A program made the position numbers and the translations under genes. Under the pieces are notes generated by a model. It did no database searches. It was not told the DNA's origin and worked only from the letters and a program-made list of their open reading frames with translations. A stretch of 64,000 nucleotides of DNA from positions 5,575 through 69,574 of the forward strand of contig JBDLIE010000005.1 in NCBI GenBank assembly GCA_039715015.1, given 5' to 3'. Shown here piece by piece: positions 25,597 through 35,505 of this stretch; position 1 is the first letter of the stretch, and every line of letters starts with the position of its first letter. This stretch comes from Thermodesulfobacteriota bacterium. Its GTDB lineage: Bacteria; Desulfobacterota; Desulfobulbia; Desulfobulbales; SURF-16.

Positions 25597-26907
25597 TTAG
25601 TAAAATTTCAACCTTTGCGACCACTGAGGGCTTGATTGGCTGCCATCCAGAACAAAAAGTACCTGAAGCCACTGGCCCTCGCTGGTTATTGTGCAAAGTT
25701 TGCTCTTGCCATTTCTAGTCTGTGTAAAAGCGATTTGGCGCGAATCTGGTGACCAGGTTGGCGACTCGTGGCTGCCCCAGGAGGCAGTGAGTTGGATAGG
25801 CCGTCCACCTGACTCCTTAATCTTGTAAATTTGATAGCCGGCGTCACCGTTTCCTGTATAGGCAACCCATTTTCCATCCGGTGACCAGCTAGGCGTCGTG
25901 TTTTCTCGTCCTTCATAGGTGAGCCGTTGGACGCGGCCACTGCTAAGTTCCATGGTATAAATCTGTGGTTCGCCGGTGCGGTCAGAGACAAAGGCAATTT
26001 TACTTCCATCTGGAGAAAAAGAGGGAGAAACATTAATACCGGCATTTATTGTTAGTCTTTTTAAAATGAGGCCGGTGGGAGCAATTTTATAAAGATCCGG
26101 GTTGCCGTCTTTACTGAGGGTGACCACAAGAAAAGAGCCGTCAGGCGCCCAGGCCGGAGCATAATTAATCCCTTCCCGTCGAGAGATGGCCCTGGTCAGT
26201 TTACTGGATTTGGTGAAGTCGATGAGGTAGAGGTTAGGATTGCCGTTATGATATGAGGTGTAAACAAGCTTATTACTGTCGGGGGAAAGTCGAGGGGTAA
26301 TGGCGAGATTCTGATGGCGGGTAACCTGGCGAATATCATCTCCCAAGGCATCGGCGATATATATTTCCTTATGGCCGGAAGTGTCTGACACAAAAGCGAT
26401 CTTGCTTGAGCTTATGCCCTGTTTCCCGGTGATCTTATGAATGACTTCATCACAAAACTTAAGGATCATCTGGCGCTGTTTTTCCCTTTTGTCACGAAAA
26501 CGTTTGCCCATGAGCATCTTGCCCGTGGATGCATCGACAAGACGGAACTCAAGAACAAGGCGAGGCCCTTCGCTGATGTATTTGCCAATCACCACATAAT
26601 TTGCCCCCAGCATGCGCCAATTTTGGTCCTGACCACCGCCATAAACCTCCGGACTTATAATGTTGATAAAGCCGTGGAAATCTAAGCCCTTGGCAAGAAG
26701 TTCAGCCATGGATTTTCCTGAGTCGTGATCCTGCTCAGGCCGATTTTTGTCGGTAAAATAGGGGACCGCAAAGTTAACCTTTTTGATCGCCGCATCAGTG
26801 ATATCAATATCAATTACCTGTTGGGCGTTTGAAGGTAAAGGTGTGCCGAAAATTAAAATGGCAGCAAGAAAAACAGTAGATGCGAAGTGGAGTTTCTTAA
26901 TAGGCAT
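25597..26907 (-). CDS. tolB: Tol-Pal system beta-propeller protein TolB
   Basis: Repeated SPDG/WSPDG blades (PRLSPDSNKLVYTS, PAWAPDGSFLV, PSFSPDGSKIAFVSDR, PSWSPDGKWVAY, PTWSPDSRQIAF). Confidence 0.9.
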   Translation of the reverse strand: MPIKKLHFASTVFLAAILIFGTPLPSNAQQVIDIDITDAAIKKVNFAVPYFTDKNRPEQDHDSGKSMAELLAKGLDFHGFINIISPEVYGGGQDQNWRMLGANYVVIGKYISEGPRLVLEFRLVDASTGKMLMGKRFRDKREKQRQMILKFCDEVIHKITGKQGISSSKIAFVSDTSGHKEIYIADALGDDIRQVTRHQNLAITPRLSPDSNKLVYTSYHNGNPNLYLIDFTKSSKLTRAISRREGINYAPAWAPDGSFLVVTLSKDGNPDLYKIAPTGLILKRLTINAGINVSPSFSPDGSKIAFVSDRTGEPQIYTMELSSGRVQRLTYEGRENTTPSWSPDGKWVAYTGNGDAGYQIYKIKESGGRPIQLTASWGSHESPTWSPDSRQIAFTQTRNGKSKLCTITSEGQWLQVLFVLDGSQSSPQWSQRLKFY

Positions 26908-26939
26908 AGTTAGCGACAAAGCTGAAAATAGAGGGAAAA

Positions 26940-27800
26940 TCACATCATACCCTCAGGGTAGAATTTAAGGCGTAAGGGGCGGTGTGGTATTTCTTCAGGG
27001 AAGGGTGGTAGAGGAGAAGACTGTTCAATGGTTTGCATGACGAATTTATCGAATTGGCCGTTTGCTGAAAGTTTTTCAAAGCTGCTTTCCGTTACAATTC
27101 CATCAAGACGGACTTCGATGATAACTATGGCCCGAAGATCTTTCGGCCAGATTTGACCTTCCGGCAGGCTCCAGAATCTGCCGATATGTTGGGCAACAAG
27201 GGCCTTATATTTTTTAAGGGCCGTGTTGGCAGCCATACCCCTTTGTGAGCCAGAGCCTGTTGGAGTTCCGGTCTTGGCTGGGGCAATGATATCCATAACA
27301 GGCTCAGAGGCTGATTCTCTGGCCATGATCGATTGACGAATGGCCTTGAGGGCCTTTTCTTTTTCTGTCACCGCCTTTTCTTGCTGCTGAATACGGTCTA
27401 AGGCGGCAAGTACCATGGTTGGGTCCATGGGCGGCAGACGGACATCCTTTTTAAGAGCGCGTGGGCGGATCAACTTAATCTCTGTGGGAGCCTTGGGAAT
27501 AGTCCGGGTCGAGAGAAGGGGCTGAAGGCTTCGTGAGTTTTCTGTTGGGGCTGCATTCTCTCGCGGCGCAGGCTCATAGACATCATCGGGGGGGAGGGGG
27601 ATCTCGTCTAGATCAATGAGGTCCACTGAATAAATTTCCGGAATATTGCGGCTGAAAAAAAATAAGTCGCTGGGCAAGAGGGCAATACAAAGAATGGCCA
27701 GATGGATTGCAGCAGAAAAGAGAAAGGGATTACGCCATTTCTCGTCTTCCCATCGTGTTAGGAAGAAATCCTGCGGTGAAAATTTGAGTTGGCCAACCAT
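26940..27800 (-). CDS. tolA: TolA-like / TonB-C-domain energy transducer of the Tol system
   Basis: N-terminal membrane anchor, Pro/charged linker, C-terminal TonB/TolA-type domain. Position between tolR and tolB. Confidence 0.7.
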   Translation of the reverse strand: MVGQLKFSPQDFFLTRWEDEKWRNPFLFSAAIHLAILCIALLPSDLFFFSRNIPEIYSVDLIDLDEIPLPPDDVYEPAPRENAAPTENSRSLQPLLSTRTIPKAPTEIKLIRPRALKKDVRLPPMDPTMVLAALDRIQQQEKAVTEKEKALKAIRQSIMARESASEPVMDIIAPAKTGTPTGSGSQRGMAANTALKKYKALVAQHIGRFWSLPEGQIWPKDLRAIVIIEVRLDGIVTESSFEKLSANGQFDKFVMQTIEQSSPLPPFPEEIPHRPLRLKFYPEGMM

Positions 27801-27875
27801 TTTTAGCTTAAATAATTCCTCTAGTGTCAGGTGAAACAGCAGCTATGCCGGAGTTTTTATTCAAAGGTGAGTGAG

Positions 27876-28295
27876 TTACCGTTTCTTTTCTACAGGGATA
27901 GTTACCATGCCCAGGTTGTCGAAGCCTGCCCTTTTGATATCGGCCATGACCTGGACAACAAGGCCATACTCCACCTTTTTGTCCGCCTTTATAAGGATAG
28001 TTTTTCCGGTATCATGGGTGGCAAGTTTGCTCAGTTCCTGGCGCAGAAGTTTGCGGTCTCCCTTAATCTTATCTATGCCAATGGCACCATTCTTCTTTAT
28101 AGTTATAACAACAGGTTTATCATCCTGACGCAGGGCTTTGGCGGTTGTTTCGGGGAGATTGACCTCCAGACCTTCGGTCATCATGGGAGCTGTAATCATG
28201 AAAATGATGAGCAGCACCAGCATAACATCAACAAGGGGGGTGACATTGATGTCAGCCATCAGCCTTTTGCTGCCCCTGTTCGCTGTAAGGGCCAT
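27876..28295 (-). CDS. tolR: TolR (ExbD/TolR family)
   Basis: ADINVTPLVDVMLVLLIIFM signature. 139 aa. Confidence 0.85.
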   Translation of the reverse strand: MALTANRGSKRLMADINVTPLVDVMLVLLIIFMITAPMMTEGLEVNLPETTAKALRQDDKPVVITIKKNGAIGIDKIKGDRKLLRQELSKLATHDTGKTILIKADKKVEYGLVVQVMADIKRAGFDNLGMVTIPVEKKR

Positions 28296-28987
28296 TATTT
28301 TTCACCCTTTGAAATAAGATCACGCTCAACTAGATTGAGGAAGTCTGCTGAGAAGTTTGCCATGTCACTCTCAAGATAGCCTAATTTGTTGGAGTAAAAG
28401 TTGTAGAAGATAACAGCAGGAATGGCCACGGCTAGACCGGCGGCAGTGGCCACCAGTGCTTCGGAGATACCCGGTGCGACCACAGCAAGGGATGCCGAGC
28501 CATGGGTGCCGATTTCATTAAAAGAAACCATGATGCCCCACACCGTGCCAAAAAGGCCAATGAAAGGGGTGGAGGAGCCGGTGGTGGCCAGAAAGGGCAG
28601 ATATTTGCCGATGGTAACACTTTCAATTGCCTCTGCCTTTTGCAAAACGCGTTTAAGGTTATTCATACCGGCGAGTCTCATTTCCAGGGTCTCCTGGCCA
28701 TGCTCCCTGGCGCGTTCAATTTTCTGCATTTCGGTATAGCCAGTCTGGAAAATCTGGGCTTCGGGGCAAGGGCTCTCCTTGGCTATATGGAGGGCTTCCG
28801 TTAATGTTTTACAGAGCCAGAAGGAGGAAAGAAAGGTCTCAGATTCTTTTTCCAGTTCCTTGAAAAGAATAAATTTCTGGTAGACAATGAACCAGGAATA
28901 GCCTGAAAAGGTGAGAAGGACGAACATGACAAATTTTACTGTGAAACCTGCATGCCAAAAGAGTGTAAAGATGTTGAGATCCTGCAC
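28295..28987 (-). CDS. tolQ: TolQ (MotA/TolQ/ExbB proton channel)
   Basis: LATTGSSTPFIGLFGTVWGIM and the C-terminal helix EALVATAAGLAVAIPAVIFYN. Confidence 0.9.
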   Translation of the reverse strand: MQDLNIFTLFWHAGFTVKFVMFVLLTFSGYSWFIVYQKFILFKELEKESETFLSSFWLCKTLTEALHIAKESPCPEAQIFQTGYTEMQKIERAREHGQETLEMRLAGMNNLKRVLQKAEAIESVTIGKYLPFLATTGSSTPFIGLFGTVWGIMVSFNEIGTHGSASLAVVAPGISEALVATAAGLAVAIPAVIFYNFYSNKLGYLESDMANFSADFLNLVERDLISKGEK

Positions 28988-29349
28988 TGTTAGACCTGTT
29001 GGGAAGTTGAATTAGATATAATGATGGATGTTCTTGGAGCAAGATGTAAATTGATTATGAATCTATATCGTTTTTTTTGTTGATTATAAAGGAAATTCTT
29101 GGCTTCTGGGCGTGATAAAAACGCCTTGGTGCCTTTCAGATGGAAATTACCCTGCCATCCGCCTAAGTAAAGTGAAGGAAAATCCCCAAAAGGTTCCTTT
29201 TTTTCTTATGTCGTGTGGCTTTTTGCCTGTTTTTTTAACGGGCGATTTTTTTTGACACGTTCTTAAGCTTAATGGTAAATGATAAAATTCCAACAAAACT
29301 CATATTTTAATCGTTATCCCATAGATATTGCAGGTAGATTACCCCACCA

Positions 29350-30663
29350 ATGAAGACAATACATATCGGCATGATCGGCTTTGGCACCGTTGGCAGTGGT
29401 ACGGCCCAGGTACTTCTTGAGCAGAGTAAGCGCATAACGCGCCGCACCGGTGTTCAAATCTGTCTAAAAACCGTTCTGGTTCGTTCTCCCCGGCAACTAC
29501 CTGAAGAATTTGCAGATATTACTGTAACCTGTGAGCCGGATGATCTTTTTAATGACCCGGATATTGATATCATCGTTGAGCTTATTGGTGGCATCGAACC
29601 TGCCCGTACCTATGCTCTCAAGGCTATTGAAAAGGGCAAGCATGTGGTTACCGCCAACAAGGCCCTGCTTTCAGAGTGCGGTATTGAAATCTTTCAGGCT
29701 GCTGCCAAAAATAATGTTGAAGTAGGTTTTGAAGGCAGTGTGGCTGGTGGGATCCCGGTTGTTAAAACCATTAAAGAAGGTCTTGCAGCCAATCGTATTG
29801 TTTCCCTTATGGGTATTTTAAACGGTACTGCTAACTACATTCTTACCCAGATGACCGATCATGGTTTGCCTTTTGCTGAGGTCTTGAAGGATGCCCAGGG
29901 CAAAGGCTATGCCGAGGCCGATCCTACCTTTGATATTGAAGGTATTGATACGGCCCATAAGCTGGCAATTTTGGTTACCATGGCCTATGGCATTAAGGTC
30001 AATCTCGATGATATAGCGGTGGAAGGGATCAGTCGTATTGAGCCCATTGATATTAACTTGGCCCATGAGTTTGGCTACCGCATTAAGCTGCTGGCAATCA
30101 GTTGCAACCATGGTGATCATGTCGAGCTGCGGGTTCATCCTACTTTGGTTGCCGAATCCCATCTCCTGGCATCAATTAATGGTGCTTTTAATTCCGTTCA
30201 TATTCAGGGAGATATGGTTGGTGATATTCTCCTCTATGGACCTGGGGCGGGCAAGCTTGCAACCGGTAGTGCTGTTGCCGCAGATATTGTCGACATTTCC
30301 AGGAATATCGTCCATGGCGCCATTAATCGTGTCTCGTGTCTCTCCTATCTTCCCGAGCATATAGAGTCACGCAAAGTTACTCCGATCAGCCAGTTGCGCT
30401 GTCCCTATTATTTCCGCTTCACCACCCTGGATCAGCCTGGTGTGCTGGCAACCATTGCCGGAATTTTAGGGAAATTCAATATCAGTATCGAGTCCGTTAT
30501 CCAGAAATCCAATCATAAAAGCAAGACCGTGCCTATTGTTATGCGCACCTACGAGGCAGTTGAGGCTTCCGTTGTTGAGGCCTTGGCCGAGATAGACAAG
30601 CTACCCATGGTTGCAGCTGAAACGGTGAAGATTCGAATCCTGGCTCAAGGGGATGAGGACTGA
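29350..30663 (+). CDS. hom: homoserine dehydrogenase with C-terminal ACT domain
   Basis: IGMIGFGTVGSG, NKALL, and GILNGTANYILT motifs. C-terminal ACT (YYFRFTTLDQPGVLATIAGILG). Confidence 0.95.
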   Translation: MKTIHIGMIGFGTVGSGTAQVLLEQSKRITRRTGVQICLKTVLVRSPRQLPEEFADITVTCEPDDLFNDPDIDIIVELIGGIEPARTYALKAIEKGKHVVTANKALLSECGIEIFQAAAKNNVEVGFEGSVAGGIPVVKTIKEGLAANRIVSLMGILNGTANYILTQMTDHGLPFAEVLKDAQGKGYAEADPTFDIEGIDTAHKLAILVTMAYGIKVNLDDIAVEGISRIEPIDINLAHEFGYRIKLLAISCNHGDHVELRVHPTLVAESHLLASINGAFNSVHIQGDMVGDILLYGPGAGKLATGSAVAADIVDISRNIVHGAINRVSCLSYLPEHIESRKVTPISQLRCPYYFRFTTLDQPGVLATIAGILGKFNISIESVIQKSNHKSKTVPIVMRTYEAVEASVVEALAEIDKLPMVAAETVKIRILAQGDED

Positions 30664-31859
30664 TGAAGACTGTAATTTTGGTGGGGGATGGCATGGGGGA
30701 TTACGCCCATGAGGATCTTGGTGGTAAGACCGTCCTTGAGGCTGCTCGTACCCCTGGCATGGACCATCTCGCCCAAAATGGCAAGATGGCCCTCTTGCAA
30801 ACAGTTCCTGATGGGATGCTGCCTGGCAGCGATGTTGCCAATTTGTCTCTGCTCGGATATCGGCCGGAGGAGTTTTATACCGGTCGCTCTCCCCTTGAAG
30901 CTGCCAGTATGGGGGTTGATCTTGGTCCTGAAGATATTGCCTTTCGCCTTAACCTGGTGAATGTCAGGGAGAAAGACGGGGCAATGACCATGATTGATTA
31001 TAGTGCCGGTCATATCTCTACAGCTGAAGCCCATGAGTTGATTGATAGTCTGCAGGCCGCCCTGCCAGCTGAATACCTGGCCCTATATCCCGGTATCAGC
31101 TATCGCCATTTGCTTGTGGTGGATGCCGATATTGCGGACCTAAAGACAGTACCGCCCCATGATTATCCAGAAAAGGATGTGACCCCCTTTTGGCAGAGTT
31201 ACTCCTCAGTGCCTTTACTTGCTGATTTTATCCGCAAGGCAAAGATCATTCTTGCCGATCATCCGGTTAACCTGAAACGCGTTAGTGAAGGAAAATTGCC
31301 AGCTAATTGTGTCTGGCTTTGGGGACAAGGCAAGGCACCAGCCATGCTGGACCTGCAAGAGCTCTACGGAGTGAGCGGGGCCCTTATCTCCGCAGTAGAT
31401 CTCCTGAAAGGCATAGGCGTTTATGCCGGTATGGAAGTGCTGGAAGTTGAAGGGGCCACCGGATATCTTGACACCAATTACCAGGGCAAGGTTGAGGCAG
31501 CCTTGGATTCCTTAACGCGCCATGACCTAGTTTTCGTCCATGTGGAAGCGCCTGATGAAACAGGCCATCAAGGGTTGCTCAGAGAAAAAATTCAGGCTGT
31601 TGAAGATTTTGACAGCAAAATTGTCCGGCCTATTTTTGCCGGCCTTGAGAAATTAGATTCCTTTCGCCTCGTTGTCTGCATGGACCATTTTACCCCGGTT
31701 TCATTGAAGACCCATACCAATGACCCGGTGCCGGTAGCTATCTATGATCCCAGCCAGCTTGGGCAGAATGATTTTTCTTCTTACACCGAAGAAAGCGGCC
31801 GTCAGGCAGGAGTAATTTATAATGATGGTGCACAGTTCATGAAAGCGGTGCTTGCGTGA
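30663..31859 (+). CDS. ApgM-type cofactor-independent phosphoglycerate-mutase-like protein (proposed alternative homoserine kinase family)
   Basis: VILVGDGMGD...GKTVLEAARTPGMDHLA...PGSDVANLSLLGY and C-terminal HVEAPDETGH. The ATGA overlap with hom suggests coupling. Confidence 0.75.
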   Translation: MKTVILVGDGMGDYAHEDLGGKTVLEAARTPGMDHLAQNGKMALLQTVPDGMLPGSDVANLSLLGYRPEEFYTGRSPLEAASMGVDLGPEDIAFRLNLVNVREKDGAMTMIDYSAGHISTAEAHELIDSLQAALPAEYLALYPGISYRHLLVVDADIADLKTVPPHDYPEKDVTPFWQSYSSVPLLADFIRKAKIILADHPVNLKRVSEGKLPANCVWLWGQGKAPAMLDLQELYGVSGALISAVDLLKGIGVYAGMEVLEVEGATGYLDTNYQGKVEAALDSLTRHDLVFVHVEAPDETGHQGLLREKIQAVEDFDSKIVRPIFAGLEKLDSFRLVVCMDHFTPVSLKTHTNDPVPVAIYDPSQLGQNDFSSYTEESGRQAGVIYNDGAQFMKAVLA

Positions 31860-32299
31860 CAAGAAAACTTACCATGTCTATGTCCGAACCTGTCAAGAAA
31901 AGCCAGGTTCGTGTTCTATACGGCGATACCGATGCTGGTGGTATGGTGTATAATGCTACCTATCTTCGCTATTTTGAACAGGGACGTGGAGATTTAATGA
32001 GGGAATGCGGTCTTCCCTATAAACTCCTTGAGGAAAGGGGCTATATTCTTCCCCTTGTTGAAAGTTATCTGCGCTACAAGGCGCCGGCGCGCTATGATGA
32101 CCTGCTTTTGATAGAAACCTGTTTGGCCGATCTCTCTCCTTTTTCCTGCCGTTTTCATTGCCGTATTAAAAATAGTGAGGACGGCAGGCTGCTCGTTAAA
32201 GGATTTACCCATCATGCCGCAATTAACCGGCAGGGAAAATTAACACCGTTGCCGGATGATGTTATTGATGTACTGAGTGGCTATCTTTGCGAGAAGTAG
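31856..32299 (+). CDS. ybgC: YbgC/4HBT-family acyl-CoA thioesterase
   Basis: VRVLYGDTDAGGMVYNATYLRYFEQGR hot-dog thioesterase signature. An alternative ATG lies at 31871. Confidence 0.8.
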   Translation: MTRKLTMSMSEPVKKSQVRVLYGDTDAGGMVYNATYLRYFEQGRGDLMRECGLPYKLLEERGYILPLVESYLRYKAPARYDDLLLIETCLADLSPFSCRFHCRIKNSEDGRLLVKGFTHHAAINRQGKLTPLPDDVIDVLSGYLCEK

Positions 32300-32335
32300 G
32301 ATCGTGCTTTTTAAGGGACGATCTTGAGTTGATGG

Positions 32336-32373
32336 CATAAAAAAAGGCTAACCTAAAAAAAAGGTTAGCCTTT
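32336..32373 (-). terminator. rho-independent terminator downstream of the tRNA (bidirectional hairpin)
   Basis: aaaggctaacc / ggttagccttt stem. On the minus strand it is followed by a T-run. Confidence 0.7.
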
Positions 32374-32382
32374 GGAAGTACA

Positions 32383-32459
<77 letters not shown>

Positions 32460-32569
32460 TCAGTGAAAAAGACAATACTTCTTGTCCCTTGCTATGTCAA
32501 CGTTTTTGTTGCATTTAACTTGCTCTAAAAGGGCTTTTCCCTACAGTGCTGTAAGTAGCGAAGGTTATC

Positions 32570-33715
32570 ATGAAACATGCGCATGAAGAAGAGATTGGGG
32601 ATAGGCGAAGCAGTATCCTCCTTGTTGATGATTTGATCAGCAACGTCAAATTACTTGCTCGTCACCTCGATGAATATAAACTTTTTTTTGCTTTGGATGG
32701 CGCCACGGCCCTATCTGTTGCCGAAGAAAGCCAACCTGATATCATTCTCCTTGACGTAATGATGCCTGATATCGATGGTTATGAGCTCTGCCGTCGTTTT
32801 AAGGAGAATCCCAAAACAAAAAAGATACCTGTCATTTTTGTTACAGCAAAAAACCAAGAGGATGATGAGGAGTTGGGTCTACAGGTCGGAGCCATCGATT
32901 TTATCTCAAAACCGGTAAATGGCGCCATTCTCCGTGCCCGTCTGGGTAATCATCTTGAGCTTAAGGAGCATCGTGATAATCTCGCCGGCCTTCTTTCTGA
33001 AAAGAGCCAAGAGCTTGATGCAACCTATGAACAATTGCTTCATGCTGAGAAACTGAGCACCCTTGGCAAGTTGACCTCGTCAATCTCCCATGAGTTTTCC
33101 AGTCCTCTTTTTGGAATGGAGCAGATACTGACCACCTTTTTTGAAGAAGAGGGCAATGATGATAAAAAACATTTGCTTGGTGTCTGTATCGATGAGTGCC
33201 GGCGGCTGAGAGAGCTCATTCGGTCCATGCAGAATTTTGGCAGACCAACCTCTTCTCATATGGGGCCAACCGATTTGAATGATGTCATCGGTGATGTCTT
33301 ACGGCTCTGCGCTAAAAATTTCGAGAAAAATAGTATTAATATAGAGAAAAAACTCCAGCAAATTCCTCTGATCAATGCCATTGATGACCAGATGAAGCAG
33401 GTGGTTTTCAATCTCGTAACCAACGCCTGTGACGCTGTTGACAAGCCGGGCGGCAGGGTATTACTCTCTACCAGCAACAAGGGAAAGTTTGTGATTTTCT
33501 CTGTTACGGATAATGGCAGCGGTATTGACTCCTCAGATGTTCAGGCAGTCTTTGCTCCTTTTTTTACCACCAAGGAAGAGGGGAGGGGCACCGGCTTGGG
33601 GCTTTCAATTTGCTATGGAATCGTCGCAACCCACAAAGGTACCATTGAGGTTAAATCAAAACCAGGCTATGGCTCTACCTTCACAGTTCGTATTCCTGTT
33701 ATGGAGAAGAAATGA
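32570..33715 (+). CDS. hybrid sensor: N-terminal receiver domain fused to a HisKA-HATPase histidine kinase
   Basis: REC (ILLVDD...DIILLDVMMPDIDG...K), H-box SSISHEFSSPL, and ATPase G-boxes DNGSGI, GTGLGLS. Confidence 0.85.
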   Translation: MKHAHEEEIGDRRSSILLVDDLISNVKLLARHLDEYKLFFALDGATALSVAEESQPDIILLDVMMPDIDGYELCRRFKENPKTKKIPVIFVTAKNQEDDEELGLQVGAIDFISKPVNGAILRARLGNHLELKEHRDNLAGLLSEKSQELDATYEQLLHAEKLSTLGKLTSSISHEFSSPLFGMEQILTTFFEEEGNDDKKHLLGVCIDECRRLRELIRSMQNFGRPTSSHMGPTDLNDVIGDVLRLCAKNFEKNSINIEKKLQQIPLINAIDDQMKQVVFNLVTNACDAVDKPGGRVLLSTSNKGKFVIFSVTDNGSGIDSSDVQAVFAPFFTTKEEGRGTGLGLSICYGIVATHKGTIEVKSKPGYGSTFTVRIPVMEKK

Positions 33716-34365
33716 TGGAAAATGAGGTAAAGGTTCTTCTGGTCGATGACCATCTTCTTGTCAGGTATGGCCTAAAAGCCATGTTGGAGCGTATTGATGG
33801 TTTTGTCTGTGTGGCAGAGGCCGATAATGGTAGAGAAGGGATTTCCCTGGCCCGTGAGCACGAGCCGGATGTTGTGGTCCTTGATATTGATCTCGGTAAA
33901 GGTATGAATGGCTTTGATGTTGCCGAGGAGATTAAAGCTACCTCGCCAAATTCGAGAATTCTCATGCTCACGGGTAATCCTAAGCCACAGTTTTTTCAGA
34001 TGGCCATTCAGACAGGTTGTGCTGGCTATGTCCTTAAGGTCGATTCTGACCAGGAATTCAAGCAGGCCCTTGAAACCGTGGCCAAAGGCGGAAAATATCT
34101 GTCAAGATCTTTTACTGACGATGTCTTTCAGCTTCTTCAACAGAGCAATAATCTTGAGGGGGATAACCCTGAAAACCTTCTTACCCCCAGGGAGAACTCC
34201 ATAGCGCATCTCATCTGTAAAGGCCTTAATGACGATGCCATTGGTGAAGAACTCTGTATCAGTCCAAAGACGGTGCGTGTCCATAAGTCTAATATTAAAA
34301 GGAAATTTAACTGTAAGACCAGCGGTGAGCTTATTTTGAAATTAACGTCCCTTGATTTTGGTTAA
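33712..34365 (+). CDS. NarL/FixJ (LuxR-HTH) response regulator
   Basis: REC (VLLVDDH...DVVVLDIDL) plus C-terminal LuxR HTH (LTPRENSIAHLICKGLNDDAIGEELCISPKTVRVHKSNI). ATGA overlap with the kinase gene. Confidence 0.85.
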   Translation: MMENEVKVLLVDDHLLVRYGLKAMLERIDGFVCVAEADNGREGISLAREHEPDVVVLDIDLGKGMNGFDVAEEIKATSPNSRILMLTGNPKPQFFQMAIQTGCAGYVLKVDSDQEFKQALETVAKGGKYLSRSFTDDVFQLLQQSNNLEGDNPENLLTPRENSIAHLICKGLNDDAIGEELCISPKTVRVHKSNIKRKFNCKTSGELILKLTSLDFG

Positions 34366-34514
34366 ATGCCTCTCTTTTTTTAGTAAACTCTATCTACTTT
34401 CCCCTAACTCCCTTGAAATACAATATTTTCTTGCATTTTGCTTTTTTGAATGGTAGTCATTATCAATCTCGTTGTTTTAAATAACCAATGTGATGTTCAT
34501 GGGGGTGGCACACA

Positions 34515-35504
34515 ATGGCAATGCAAGAAAAGATTTTTGAAGTTGATTTTGACAAGCTGCGAGACCGTGCTGATAAGCTCGATAACGCATTATCTGTAGA
34601 AACAACGGGGCTTGCCAGACATGTCAATAATGACCAGATATGGCAGTGTACATTTGATTTCATAGAGGATCTCCTCTTTATTGTTGATCGACAGTTTAAC
34701 ATTATCCGTGCCAATAAAGCGGCACAGGATCTCTTCCCAGACAGACCGATTCTCGGTCAAAAATGCTTTAAAATTTTCCATAACTCAAACCAGCCCATAG
34801 AAAAATGCCCGGGCTGCCGTGTTTTCCATTCCGGCAATCCAGAATCCATGGAAAGCAGTGAGTGTAATATGTTTGGTCGTTCGTTTGAGGTAAACGTCCG
34901 CCCTGTCAAGGATGACCACGGTTTTGTCTGGCAGGTCCTTCATATCTGCAAAGATATCACCAAGCTTAAAAAGCTTGAACAACGACTCAGAGATTTAGAG
35001 ATAAAAGATAGCCTTACCGCCCTATTTAACAGGCGTACTTTTAACAAGATACTGACCAGAGAGTATGAGTTGGCCGCTGTGCGGCGCTCCGATCTGACCG
35101 TGCTGGTCATGGAACTCGATGGGTTGAAATTGATTAACCAGGAATGTGGCCATCAGTATGGTGATTATATCCTGCAAGAATTTAGTCATGAGCTGCAAAA
35201 TAGGCTGGGTCCCGCATCTCTCTGTGCTCGAACCACAGGTGAACAATTTGCTGTTTTGTTGCCTCAGGTTGATTTTGAGGGGGCACAACGGCTTGCTGAG
35301 GATATTCATCAAATGGCCGAAAATCATATTTATGATGATTTTTTCTGTCGCCAGGTCACGGTGAGTATCGGTGTTGCCTCTCTCCTTGATCATAATCCCA
35401 ACAGTCAGGACCAATTATTTTGTTTTGCTGAGAATGCCCTGCGTGTTGCAAAACGTTGCGGCCGAAATCAAATAACGGTTTACAATCTGGAAGATTTTAT
35501 TTGA
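34515..35504 (+). CDS. PAS-domain protein with degenerate GGDEF domain
   Basis: The GGDEF-domain scaffold is present (LTALFNRRTF...GHQYGD...SIGVA...AKRCGRNQ). The active-site pentapeptide reads TGEQF instead of GG(D/E)EF. Confidence 0.75.
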   Translation: MAMQEKIFEVDFDKLRDRADKLDNALSVETTGLARHVNNDQIWQCTFDFIEDLLFIVDRQFNIIRANKAAQDLFPDRPILGQKCFKIFHNSNQPIEKCPGCRVFHSGNPESMESSECNMFGRSFEVNVRPVKDDHGFVWQVLHICKDITKLKKLEQRLRDLEIKDSLTALFNRRTFNKILTREYELAAVRRSDLTVLVMELDGLKLINQECGHQYGDYILQEFSHELQNRLGPASLCARTTGEQFAVLLPQVDFEGAQRLAEDIHQMAENHIYDDFFCRQVTVSIGVASLLDHNPNSQDQLFCFAENALRVAKRCGRNQITVYNLEDFI

Positions 35505-35505
35505 T

